Sequence record: PZ212788.1
Length of the DNA stretch: 64,000 bases
DNA from: a phage
Direction: 5' to 3' (one strand)
Under the pieces are notes generated by a model, which saw only the letters and a list, made by a program, of their open reading frames with translations, did not search any database and had not been told where the DNA came from. Shown here piece by piece: positions 56,771 to 63,534 of this stretch. How positions within the stretch are numbered: position 1 is the stretch's first letter; every line of letters begins with the position of its first letter. The position numbers and the translations under genes are program-made.

Positions 56771-57218
56771 TACTGTAGCGGGAGATTTAATCTCCCTTTT
56801 TAAGAGCGGTGCTGGTCACCTGATCCACGGTTGTAACTGCTTTCATACAATGGGTGCAGGCATAGCGAAAGATATTGCCCGTGAGTTCCCTCAAGCACTG
56901 GCAGCCGACAAAGAGACTGCCTATGGTAATCTGGACAAGCTGGGTATGTTTTCTTGTTGGGAGCATTTTGCCAAGAACAGGGTCGTATATGGAATCAACC
57001 TGTATACCCAGTTCTACCCAGGGCCCAATGCTGAATACTTCTCAATAATGAAAGGTTTTGAGCGAGTCAACGAGGTATTCAAAGGTGTGTCATTGCCGTT
57101 CTACATTCCTAAAATTGGATGCGGTATTGGCGGTCTAAAGTGGGAACATGTAGAAGATGTAATTAATCTTGCAACCACAGATATTGATGTGGTTGTAGTA
57201 GAGTACAAAAAGTGTTGA
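56760..57218 (+). CDS. Macro-domain-like protein (Macro_2 type), putative ADP-ribose binding or hydrolase
   Basis: Motif HLIHGCNCFHTMGAGIAKDIAREFP matches the N-C...MG.GIA...F.P signature of bacterial Macro_2 domains; second Gly-rich site KIGCGIGGL. Confidence 0.55.
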   Translation: MIIDTVAGDLISLFKSGAGHLIHGCNCFHTMGAGIAKDIAREFPQALAADKETAYGNLDKLGMFSCWEHFAKNRVVYGINLYTQFYPGPNAEYFSIMKGFERVNEVFKGVSLPFYIPKIGCGIGGLKWEHVEDVINLATTDIDVVVVEYKKC

Positions 57219-57243
57219 CGACCATCTTCTGAGGTGATATAGT
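57215..57243 (+). promoter_or_regulatory. Sigma70-type promoter
   Basis: -35 TTGACG overlapping the upstream stop, 17-nt spacer, -10 TATAGT. Confidence 0.6.
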
Positions 57244-57272
57244 TTCCACAACAACTAAGAGAGGAGAGCACT

Positions 57273-57443
57273 GTGGAGACTAAAATCTTAATTCTTGCTG
57301 TGGTAGATACAACCGAAGGAGCTATATTCGAATCTGCAGGGGGGTATTTCTACCTACCATACGGAAAAAGAACTTCCGAGCCAAGTAAAGATTCAATCCT
57401 CAAGGTGTTCCCGTGTGCTTTCTGGCTGGAGATTTTGGTATAA
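57273..57443 (+). CDS. Small protein (56 aa), below ORF-track cut-off
   Basis: GTG start with RBS GAGGAG 7 nt upstream; uninterrupted frame to TAA 57441-57443; fills promoter-to-gene gap. Confidence 0.25.
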   Translation: METKILILAVVDTTEGAIFESAGGYFYLPYGKRTSEPSKDSILKVFPCAFWLEILV

Positions 57444-57469
57444 GATTGCAGAGGATTTGGGAGAGAATT

Positions 57470-57664
57470 ATGAGAAACAAGAAAGAGCTTTACTCTGGTG
57501 AGTGGATCAACGATCAACAGGTGGGAGAGGTAACCTGCTTCCGATGTTTTACCAGGTACAATCTTAAAACTGCACCAAAAAGTGTTCCAAAGACTGATGG
57601 TTATTACATAAAAGAACCTCATTGCCCAAAATGTAAATGCCGATTATACTGGAGTAACCTGTAA
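57470..57664 (+). CDS. Small zinc-ribbon protein (64 aa)
   Basis: ATG 57470 with RBS GGGAGAGA; Cys pairs CFRC and CPKCKC. Confidence 0.45.
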   Translation: MRNKKELYSGEWINDQQVGEVTCFRCFTRYNLKTAPKSVPKTDGYYIKEPHCPKCKCRLYWSNL

Positions 57665-57668
57665 AAGA

Positions 57669-57696
57669 TTGACATCTGAAAACTGCAGTGTATAAT
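57669..57696 (+). promoter_or_regulatory. Sigma70-type promoter, near consensus
   Basis: -35 TTGACA, 16-nt spacer, -10 TATAAT. Confidence 0.7.
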
Positions 57697-57727
57697 ATAT
57701 GCATAAACTAACAGAGAGTGATGTATT

Positions 57728-57919
57728 ATGGTAATTTTTAACCGGGATGGTATCATAGTTAGACAGCACCCCTTCCTTGAATACTATCAAATTGAGCAAT
57801 GGTGCTACGGGGATTGCAGTCACTCCTACGGGCAAAGTTGGGGATATCGCACAGTTTTTGAATCAACAGATCTTGATAAAGTAAAACAGAAAGTTTTAGA
57901 ACTTCTTAACAACAAGTGA
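57728..57919 (+). CDS. Small hypothetical protein (63 aa)
   Basis: RBS GAGAGTG. Confidence 0.4.
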   Translation: MVIFNRDGIIVRQHPFLEYYQIEQWCYGDCSHSYGQSWGYRTVFESTDLDKVKQKVLELLNNK

Positions 57920-57929
57920 GTATCGTGCC

Positions 57930-58262
57930 ATGGTAACTTTGGAAAGACGTAAAGCTATCGCCGCCACACTGGCAGACATCTTTTGGGATTGCAACTTAAA
58001 AGATACCCGAAATTGTGGTGCATCTGTAGATGTATTATTCCCACGGCCTACTATTGTTGCAATGGGCAACCTGCTCGATGTGGTATATGGAGCATGGGAC
58101 AAGGAAGGTGGATTCTATATCTGGCAACCTGACTACGGGACTTGGAAAGAGGTTAGTGGTTCTTCGGACTTCACTCCTGCAGTGGCTAAAATGGATGGCT
58201 GGAAAATCTATGTCGGTAACGACATGGAACTGAAAGGCGAAATTGTTTACTGGTTACCTTAA
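57930..58262 (+). CDS. Hypothetical protein (110 aa)
   Basis: ORF in co-oriented early operon; weak RBS. Confidence 0.4.
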   Translation: MVTLERRKAIAATLADIFWDCNLKDTRNCGASVDVLFPRPTIVAMGNLLDVVYGAWDKEGGFYIWQPDYGTWKEVSGSSDFTPAVAKMDGWKIYVGNDMELKGEIVYWLP

Positions 58263-58283
58263 GAAAGTCCAGGAGATAAAGTT

Positions 58284-58529
58284 ATGAACAAAGGGTGGAC
58301 ATTTGTAGACGGCGTTAAAAACATGCCTCTAGGAAAGTATATTGTAGCCATGGCAGATGAGAATGGAAAGGTTGATTTCGGAGTTTGCGAGGTTGTTCTT
58401 GCAGGATCTGGTGACTATGCTCACAAAACTGGGATAATTAACGGTCATTTCTACTTTGATTACAACCCTGTTGTGGCGTATATGGCTATGCCAGAGTTCG
58501 AGCTCCCAAAGGAAGGTGCAGATGTTTAA
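58284..58529 (+). CDS. Small early protein, possible bipartite-motif family member (81 aa)
   Basis: RBS CAGGAGA; motif MPLGKYIVAMADENGKVDFGVCEV. Confidence 0.45.
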   Translation: MNKGWTFVDGVKNMPLGKYIVAMADENGKVDFGVCEVVLAGSGDYAHKTGIINGHFYFDYNPVVAYMAMPEFELPKEGADV

Positions 58530-58719
58530 GCTTAAATCTGCATGGAACATCGCTGTGGGGGACGAGATCCGTATCCCAGGTGGAAAGACCATTATGAAAA
58601 TATCTCGTATCGAGTACGAAGGTGATCGTGTATTTCATATCTTTGCAGAAGATGGTCGAGAGATTTATATACAGGCAGGATCTCACATCTATATTCGTAA
58701 GAAAGAGGAGGACAAATGA
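58522..58719 (+). CDS. Small hypothetical protein (65 aa)
   Basis: ATG 58522 with RBS AAGGAAGG, overlapping upstream stop; preferred over ORF-track 58456. Confidence 0.4.
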   Translation: MFKLKSAWNIAVGDEIRIPGGKTIMKISRIEYEGDRVFHIFAEDGREIYIQAGSHIYIRKKEEDK

Positions 58720-59045
58720 CAGAGATCATCATTTCAACTGCAGGGTATGTATTCCTGACAATCATTGCACTGGCTATTTTGGTGACAGTGTATGGGTTTG
58801 TTATCCTTCCTATCCTTGAGACATTTAGTTTGTGTCGGTGTTGGAGAAAAGCTTACGGTCCACAACCATGGAAGGACTGGCCCCACCTGGTGCGCTTAGC
58901 GTTCTCTTATGCTTACGATCACTCCAGTAGTGCATGCATAACCGGATACCACGCCCACAACTGGAGCTGGGAAGGGTTGAGGAAATGGAATGTTACAAAG
59001 ACCATACCTCTGCGCATGTACAAACCTAAAAACAAAGACAACTGA
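58716..59045 (+). CDS. Small membrane protein (109 aa)
   Basis: RBS GAGGAGG; N-terminal hydrophobic segment TAGYVFLTIIALAILVTVYGFVILPIL. Confidence 0.45.
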   Translation: MTEIIISTAGYVFLTIIALAILVTVYGFVILPILETFSLCRCWRKAYGPQPWKDWPHLVRLAFSYAYDHSSSACITGYHAHNWSWEGLRKWNVTKTIPLRMYKPKNKDN

Positions 59046-59074
59046 TACTTGAAAATTCCTGGCATATCAAGTAT
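59046..59074. repeat. Inverted repeat at the start of the noncoding region
   Basis: ATACTTGA ... TCAAGTAT arms separated by 13 nt, immediately after the last small gene. Confidence 0.4.
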
Positions 59075-59086
59075 AAGGGGGATTTC

Positions 59087-59181
59087 TAAAATGGATTTCC
59101 TCCTTTTGATATTTCACCGGGCTGGATATTTTAAAATTCTTAGAAAATCAGAAAATGGATCGAAAACTAAAATGGATTTTT
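59087..59181. repeat. Cluster of three AAAATGGAT(T/C) motif copies
   Basis: TAAAATGGATTT at 59087, GAAAATGGATCG at 59151, TAAAATGGATTTTT at 59168; a fourth copy at 59521. Confidence 0.5.
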
Positions 59182-59355
59182 CAGAGTAGGCGCGACAAGC
59201 TGAATAACTCATCCTATCGTTTGCACCATATTCCAGGCCACCATTATAGATTTCCCACACATGCTAACCTCTCTCTACTAGAACTTCCTCCACTTACCCT
59301 TGACCTTCTATGGTAACAATCTAACCGCTATCTTGAAGTTGCGGTGCAGCTTTCC

Positions 59356-59535
59356 AGGTACTCGATCTACTTTTCATTTCAGGGCTTGGATTTTCTGAAA
59401 ATTTTTCTCGATAAATTTCTCAGTACTCGATCTGTTTTTCGTTTTCTGAATCGGATTTTCTGGAAATCGTTCCGGCTCTCAACCTGAAATTTTTGGGGAC
59501 GAAATCGATTTTTCGTTTTCAGAAATGGATTTTTA
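59356..59535. repeat. Imperfect tandem direct repeats, about 65-bp period
   Basis: AGGTACTCGATCTACTTTTCATTTC (59356) versus CAGTACTCGATCTGTTTTTCGTTTTC (59421); GGATTTTCTGAAAAT (59388) versus GGATTTTCTGGAAAT (59453); partial third unit 59491-59513. Confidence 0.6.
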
Positions 59536-59649
59536 AAATTTCTATATGGGAATATTTTAGTGGATACTATTTTATAGTAAATTGTTACGGAGGGTAATTA
59601 GCGTGCTAATTAAATTTATTAAATGCGAGGAGTTCTCATTTAGAATTTT

Positions 59650-59666
59650 GAATGATAATCATTCTC
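59650..59666. promoter_or_regulatory. Fur-box-like motif, copy 1
   Basis: GAATGATAATCATTCTC matches the 3' two-thirds of the Fur consensus GATAATGATAATCATTATC at most positions. Confidence 0.3.
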
Positions 59667-59780
59667 GTTTGCAGAATAACGGGCAGGCCCGGTGATTGTC
59701 TCCCGGCCCCTGTTGCCCCGGCTTGTTATTATAGTATCACACAGGACAAAGAAAGCAAGGATTTTTTGCATAAATTTTTA

Positions 59781-59802
59781 AATGATAATGATAACCGTTC
59801 TC
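59781..59802. promoter_or_regulatory. Fur-box-like motif, copy 2
   Basis: AATGATAATGATAACCGTTCTC contains GATAATGATAACCGTTCTC, about 16 of 19 matches to the Fur consensus. Confidence 0.3.
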
Positions 59803-60207
59803 ATTTTATGCAGCGCCCATCCCCAGTGGTTGTCTCCCCCGTCACCGGTGCCTGCCGTCCTTTCGATAGGTATATTGTGCCACCTGGCGGGGCCGCTGTC
59901 AACACCTTTCAAAAAAAAAAAATTATAACCAGGTGCGCCCACTGCCAGGACCTGGCGGGGGAGAGTGAAAGCTTGCAAACCTGGTAGGGCTATGCTATAG
60001 GGTAGGCAACAACTGGAGAGGAGGTACAAAAATGAAAGGTAATATAATCCCCTGGAAAATGTAGCGACTAATGACGCTGAGGCTATCGCCATGGTTGAAA
60101 AGGCTATGGCGGGAGCGTTGGAACATAAAGAAGAGTACGAAAAAATGGTGGTTAACCTGGCGGGGGCGGCAGGTGGATTCTATCATAAAAATAATTTAAA
60201 ATAGTCG

Positions 60208-60235
60208 TTGACAACAAGGTTAATCATGGTATTAT
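60208..60235 (+). promoter_or_regulatory. Sigma70-type promoter
   Basis: -35 TTGACA, 16-nt spacer, -10 TATTAT; preceded by AAAATAGTCG. Confidence 0.6.
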
Positions 60236-60285
60236 TACCCTACAAGGTGAACAACACCGCACTAACCAGTAAAGAGGATAAATTT

Positions 60286-60483
60286 ATGAACGCATACGGG
60301 ATCAAAGTACGTCGCAACACTCGCCAGGTGGTCACCAATCAAGTGATTTGCCGGGTGGATGTAACCATCAACAACGGGCAAGGCCTTTATAAATTTCGTC
60401 GCGGTCATAGCTATACCCTGCAACAGCTTAATCGTTGCGCCCTGACAAAAGGTCAGATCAACCACTGGTTTAATAAAAAATAA
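60286..60483 (+). CDS. Small basic protein (65 aa)
   Basis: ATG 60286 with RBS AAGAGGA preferred over ORF-track 60208, which coincides with the -35 hexamer. Confidence 0.45.
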   Translation: MNAYGIKVRRNTRQVVTNQVICRVDVTINNGQGLYKFRRGHSYTLQQLNRCALTKGQINHWFNKK

Positions 60484-60486
60484 GTA

Positions 60487-60515
60487 TTGACATACAGTCA
60501 GACACCAAATACACT
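60487..60515 (+). promoter_or_regulatory. Sigma70-type promoter
   Basis: -35 TTGACA, 17-nt spacer, -10 TACACT. Confidence 0.6.
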
Positions 60516-60547
60516 AAAAGCACAAAAGACACTAAGAGGATAAAATC

Positions 60548-60946
60548 ATGAAAACCACTACCTTTAATTTTGATAATGCAGACTTTTCTTTTTCTGATGT
60601 CAAGAACTGCCGCCGTGATCGTGGATTTTACAAGGCTTATAATCTGGTGGGCCTGGACGATGACAATAATTTGCACGAAGTAGCTGAGATCCGGTATTAT
60701 GCCGCCGCCAGCGGGAACACTTACTACTGCGTTTTTTGGATACACGACAACAAGAACAACAAGTACGGCTATACTGGCGGCAAGGCGAGCGGTCACGGTT
60801 ATGATAAAGCTAACGCAGCACTTGAGAGCGCATTAAATGCTATGGGGATCACTGCCGACGGCTGGATCTACGAAGAAGAGTTTTTGTCGGCACTTGCTGA
60901 CCACCTAGGCTATAAAAAGCACATTGTAACATGCGCCCACGAATAA
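60548..60946 (+). CDS. Hypothetical early protein (132 aa)
   Basis: RBS AAGAGGA; Gly/Tyr-rich YGYTGGKASGHGYDKANAALESAL; family not recognised. Confidence 0.5.
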   Translation: MKTTTFNFDNADFSFSDVKNCRRDRGFYKAYNLVGLDDDNNLHEVAEIRYYAAASGNTYYCVFWIHDNKNNKYGYTGGKASGHGYDKANAALESALNAMGITADGWIYEEEFLSALADHLGYKKHIVTCAHE

Positions 60947-60952
60947 AAATCA

Positions 60953-60980
60953 TTGACACGCTGCAAAATTTAAGTAAACT
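60953..60980 (+). promoter_or_regulatory. Sigma70-type promoter
   Basis: -35 TTGACA, 16-nt spacer, -10 TAAACT. Confidence 0.55.
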
Positions 60981-60990
60981 AGACACAAAA

Positions 60991-61009
60991 GGCGGGAATG
61001 TTTCCCGCC
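60991..61009 (+). promoter_or_regulatory. 5'-terminal mRNA stem-loop
   Basis: GGCGGGAA-TGT-TTCCCGCC, about 5-10 nt after the predicted start site, no U-tract; same arms as the hairpin at 63535. Confidence 0.5.
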
Positions 61010-61028
61010 AGCACAAAGGAAAAAGATC

Positions 61029-61424
61029 ATGAATAAGAACGTACGCCGCATCATGAACGAACTGGCAAACGATGAAAAAATTATTGACATGCATTTAGTC
61101 AACATTTGCCGCCGTTGTGTAACATATAACAACCGCGCCGCAAAAGCGCGTGAGATGAACGCAAAAGGCACCTTAAAGCCCTTTCAGGTGGTTGTAAAAT
61201 CTATAACCAGTGCAGCAGGCCAGGCGCATGACCACAACAACGGGAGCACTAATATTGATCCGTCTTACGTAATGAAACGGATCCGGACTTGCAAGAATAA
61301 AGAGCAGGTGTATAATGTCATAGACTGGTTGGATTCTATGGGCGATGTGGTTTACAATAGGTTTTCTGCAGCTATCGAGATCCAGCTTGACAGGTTGGAC
61401 GGTAAAGTACTGAAAACTTACTAA
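61029..61424 (+). CDS. Hypothetical early protein (131 aa)
   Basis: RBS AAAGGAAAAAG. Confidence 0.5.
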   Translation: MNKNVRRIMNELANDEKIIDMHLVNICRRCVTYNNRAAKAREMNAKGTLKPFQVVVKSITSAAGQAHDHNNGSTNIDPSYVMKRIRTCKNKEQVYNVIDWLDSMGDVVYNRFSAAIEIQLDRLDGKVLKTY

Positions 61425-61435
61425 GATTATTTTTA

Positions 61436-61472
61436 GATGGCCTTGACTTCAGGGCCATCAATAAAGTAAACT
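61436..61472 (+). promoter_or_regulatory. Repeated palindrome-promoter element, copy 1
   Basis: GATGGCC-TTGACTTCAG-GGCCATC inverted repeat bracketing the -35 TTGACT, then -10-like TAAACT; 45-bp core is near-identical to the element at 62067. Confidence 0.55.
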
Positions 61473-61504
61473 AATCCCAGTTAAGCGAAAAAGGAGGCTT
61501 GAAG

Positions 61505-61624
61505 ATGAGCACTACACGCCAACACGCAAAGGTAACGATTATCGTTTGCATCATTGGTTACATTCTGGCGCAAATGTTGATGGGTAGCGCCAATGATTTC
61601 GCAAAATTTTTCTTAGACTTTTAA
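61505..61624 (+). CDS. Small hydrophobic peptide (39 aa), below ORF-track cut-off
   Basis: RBS AAGGAGG 6 nt upstream of ATG; predicted single transmembrane helix VTIIVCIIGYILAQMLMG. Confidence 0.35.
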   Translation: MSTTRQHAKVTIIVCIIGYILAQMLMGSANDFAKFFLDF

Positions 61625-61652
61625 TTGACAAGATAACTTAAATCAGTATAAT
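61625..61652 (+). promoter_or_regulatory. Sigma70-type promoter, consensus
   Basis: -35 TTGACA, 16-nt spacer, -10 TATAAT. Confidence 0.7.
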
Positions 61653-61666
61653 ACTAAGCACATAAA

Positions 61667-61682
61667 CGGGAAAACTTCCCAG
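61667..61682 (+). promoter_or_regulatory. 5'-terminal mRNA stem-loop
   Basis: CGGGAA-AAC-TTCCCAG, the same AAC loop and GGGAA/TTCCC arms as the 63535 hairpin. Confidence 0.4.
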
Positions 61683-61704
61683 AACACCAAAAGGAGAAAA
61701 CATT

Positions 61705-62055
61705 ATGAATACTTCCATCACTATGACCGCCGAAGAAAAAGCCCTGCAGATCGCCGCTCTGAAAAAACAGATCGCAGACCTTGAGAATAAGATCGACAAT
61801 TTTGAAATCGACGAAGACAAGTACGACGATAAATATGATGAATGGTTAGACGAGATCTACGGCGAAATCATGATCGGAAACATTTCTTTTCTTCCGTCGC
61901 GTATCCTCAAGGAGCTAGATCCTATCGCTTACCGCTGCGGATTTAGCGACTACATCGACAGCCTGGATATTGAGGACGATGAAGAATACCAGGAATTACA
62001 GACAGAGTTAGAAGAAGCAAAAGAAGAGCTTGCGGAGCTGGAAGAAAACGAGTAA
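61705..62055 (+). CDS. Highly acidic coiled-coil protein (116 aa)
   Basis: RBS AAGGAGA; acidic runs EIDEDKYDDKYDEWLDE and DIEDDEEYQELQTELEEAKEELAELEENE. Confidence 0.5.
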   Translation: MNTSITMTAEEKALQIAALKKQIADLENKIDNFEIDEDKYDDKYDEWLDEIYGEIMIGNISFLPSRILKELDPIAYRCGFSDYIDSLDIEDDEEYQELQTELEEAKEELAELEENE

Positions 62056-62066
62056 GCTTATTTTTA

Positions 62067-62103
62067 GATGGCCTTGACACCAGGGCCATCAATAAAGTAA
62101 ACT
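62067..62103 (+). promoter_or_regulatory. Repeated palindrome-promoter element, copy 2
   Basis: GATGGCC-TTGACACCAG-GGCCATC inverted repeat bracketing the -35 TTGACA, then TAAACT. Confidence 0.55.
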
Positions 62104-62144
62104 TTATACTGTTAACACTGAACTAATGCATAGGAGTTAAAACC

Positions 62145-62390
62145 ATGGCAGCACTAATCACCAAATATTATGCCCCTACCAACACCAAAAGCGCCCGTAT
62201 CATGGTAAAAGGCTTCGGACGTAAAAAGGTGTACACCTGGGATTATGCCTTAGACACGGAAGACAACTACACCAACGCAATGACCGATTTTATTAATGAA
62301 CTAAATAAGCAGATCTTGACAAGTTATAAAGTGACCGATATTGCTTATATAGGTGAAGGCGGGATCTGTTTTGTAGGCATTGTGAAATAG
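62145..62390 (+). CDS. Hypothetical early protein (81 aa)
   Basis: RBS AGGAG. Confidence 0.45.
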   Translation: MAALITKYYAPTNTKSARIMVKGFGRKKVYTWDYALDTEDNYTNAMTDFINELNKQILTSYKVTDIAYIGEGGICFVGIVK

Positions 62391-62400
62391 TTATTTTTTC

Positions 62401-62440
62401 GGTGGTCCTGGTTGCAGGGCCATCTATAAAGATAATTTAT
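62401..62440 (+). promoter_or_regulatory. Degenerate third copy of the palindrome-promoter element
   Basis: GGTGGTCC-TGGTTGCAG-GGCCATC followed by TATAAAGATAAT; same arm and -35 layout but diverged. Confidence 0.35.
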
Positions 62441-62464
62441 TAACACCATGAAAGGAGAAAGTAC

Positions 62465-62818
62465 ATGATCAGCGGGGCAAGTTTTATTATTGGCGCTATT
62501 GCTACGGCTTTAATTGTAAATAAGATCCAGGATAAAAAGGAAAGAGGAAGTACCGCCCTTGCAGAATATCCATTTTGGGCATTCAACGATAACGAAGATT
62601 ATATTATAAAGTATAAAAATAAAGAAGGTGACCAAGTAACACCGCGACCGATCCCGGCTTACAAAATGCAGGAAACACTATACCGCCTGGAGGCGGGAGG
62701 CGCAAAAATTGTAGACTTTTGGGGATACGACCACACAGATCAGGAAGTTATAAAGCGCCGTATCCGGGCTATTCAGGCCAATATTGAAGTTAGCAAGGGG
62801 GGAATATATGAAAATTAA
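62465..62818 (+). CDS. Membrane protein with N-terminal transmembrane helix (117 aa)
   Basis: RBS AAAGGAGA; hydrophobic SGASFIIGAIATALIV. Confidence 0.45.
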   Translation: MISGASFIIGAIATALIVNKIQDKKERGSTALAEYPFWAFNDNEDYIIKYKNKEGDQVTPRPIPAYKMQETLYRLEAGGAKIVDFWGYDHTDQEVIKRRIRAIQANIEVSKGGIYEN

Positions 62819-63005
62819 TTTCGAGAAAATTGTAAAGCGCCCTCATGATTCCGAAGAGCTGCCAGAACGCCGCCAGCGTAACAATAAACTGAATAAGCCA
62901 AAAAGGTTTGGGAAGATCTGGCGTAATCATTATGATCGTAAATTGCCCGGCCTACTTTTGGAACGTGAACGACAGGCAGAACGATACCGCCATAAAGACA
63001 AATAA
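62808..63005 (+). CDS. Small basic protein (65 aa)
   Basis: ATG 62808 with RBS GGGGGAA; Arg/Lys-rich PERRQRNNKLNKPKRFGKIWRNHYDRK. Confidence 0.4.
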   Translation: MKINFEKIVKRPHDSEELPERRQRNNKLNKPKRFGKIWRNHYDRKLPGLLLERERQAERYRHKDK

Positions 63006-63013
63006 CAACCAAC

Positions 63014-63043
63014 GCCCCGCCATTGTGCGGGGCTTTTTATTTC
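63014..63043 (+). terminator. Rho-independent terminator
   Basis: GCCCCGC-ATTGT-GCGGGGC stem-loop followed by TTTTTATTTCT. Confidence 0.8.
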
Positions 63044-63186
63044 TATCCTACGAATAGCGCCCCTGGTTGGCCCCACAAACGCCACAAAAGCCCCTACCTA
63101 TGCAATCCCCTTTCTTGACCTGAAAACAACGTCTAGGGCCGTTTTATGGCGTTAAAAATATTATTGACAGTGATTTTATTCAAAGC

Positions 63187-63215
63187 TTGACACCTTGGAA
63201 TAGTCCGGATATACT
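63187..63215 (+). promoter_or_regulatory. Sigma70-type promoter, second TTGACA 23 nt upstream
   Basis: -35 TTGACA, 17-nt spacer, -10 TATACT; another TTGACA at 63164. Confidence 0.65.
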
Positions 63216-63246
63216 AACCACATCAAAGCAAGAAGGAGTAAACGCC

Positions 63247-63507
63247 ATGCGTAAATTAAAAAATTTTGATAAAGTAGATGTTGTCCTGAATAATTTTTAC
63301 TACTGCAATAATAAAGCCGTTTGGTGGCGTGATAGTTCCACCGATAAAGTTAAAGCGCGCTTTCTCCAAGGGCACTGGCAAGGCCGCCCAGTGATTAAAA
63401 TCTTAGGGCAATTGGTAGCGTTTAAAAATTGCCACCGTGTTGACGACTTTGAAGATATTTTGAACATTTTACGCCACAATAATTTAAAAAATAGTGTTGA
63501 CAAGTAA
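63247..63507 (+). CDS. Hypothetical early protein (86 aa)
   Basis: ATG 63247 with RBS AAGGAG preferred over ORF-track 63187, which coincides with the -35 hexamer. Confidence 0.45.
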   Translation: MRKLKNFDKVDVVLNNFYYCNNKAVWWRDSSTDKVKARFLQGHWQGRPVIKILGQLVAFKNCHRVDDFEDILNILRHNNLKNSVDK

Positions 63508-63524
63508 GCCTCAATAAGTATACT
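63497..63524 (+). promoter_or_regulatory. Sigma70-type promoter
   Basis: -35 TTGACA overlapping the upstream stop, 16-nt spacer, -10 TATACT; preceded by AAAATAGTG. Confidence 0.65.
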
Positions 63525-63534
63525 TAAACACACA

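Noticed and set aside
59356-59535. CRISPR array
   Set aside because: Only two to three imperfect units of about 65 bp with no unique spacers between conserved repeats, and no cas genes in the window.
56011-60062. Tiny upstream ORFs (8 codons at 56032; 10 codons at 60032) as leader peptides
   Set aside because: Too short to assess, and no attenuator-type alternative hairpins were evident downstream.
59652-60186. ORF-track frames 59652-59987 (+), 59778-60092 (-) and 59995-60186 (-) as protein-coding genes
   Set aside because: No RBS, mutually overlapping on both strands, low-complexity translations, and they lie within the repeat-rich GC-rich noncoding segment.
6319-63187. ORF-track start codons at 6319, 6873, 33186, 34124, 34410, 36873, 44029, 50418, 51191, 51924, 52605 and 63187
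   Set aside because: These are TTG or GTG codons, or ATGs without an RBS, often inside a promoter hexamer or terminator stem; an in-frame ATG with a proper RBS lies a few codons downstream in each case.
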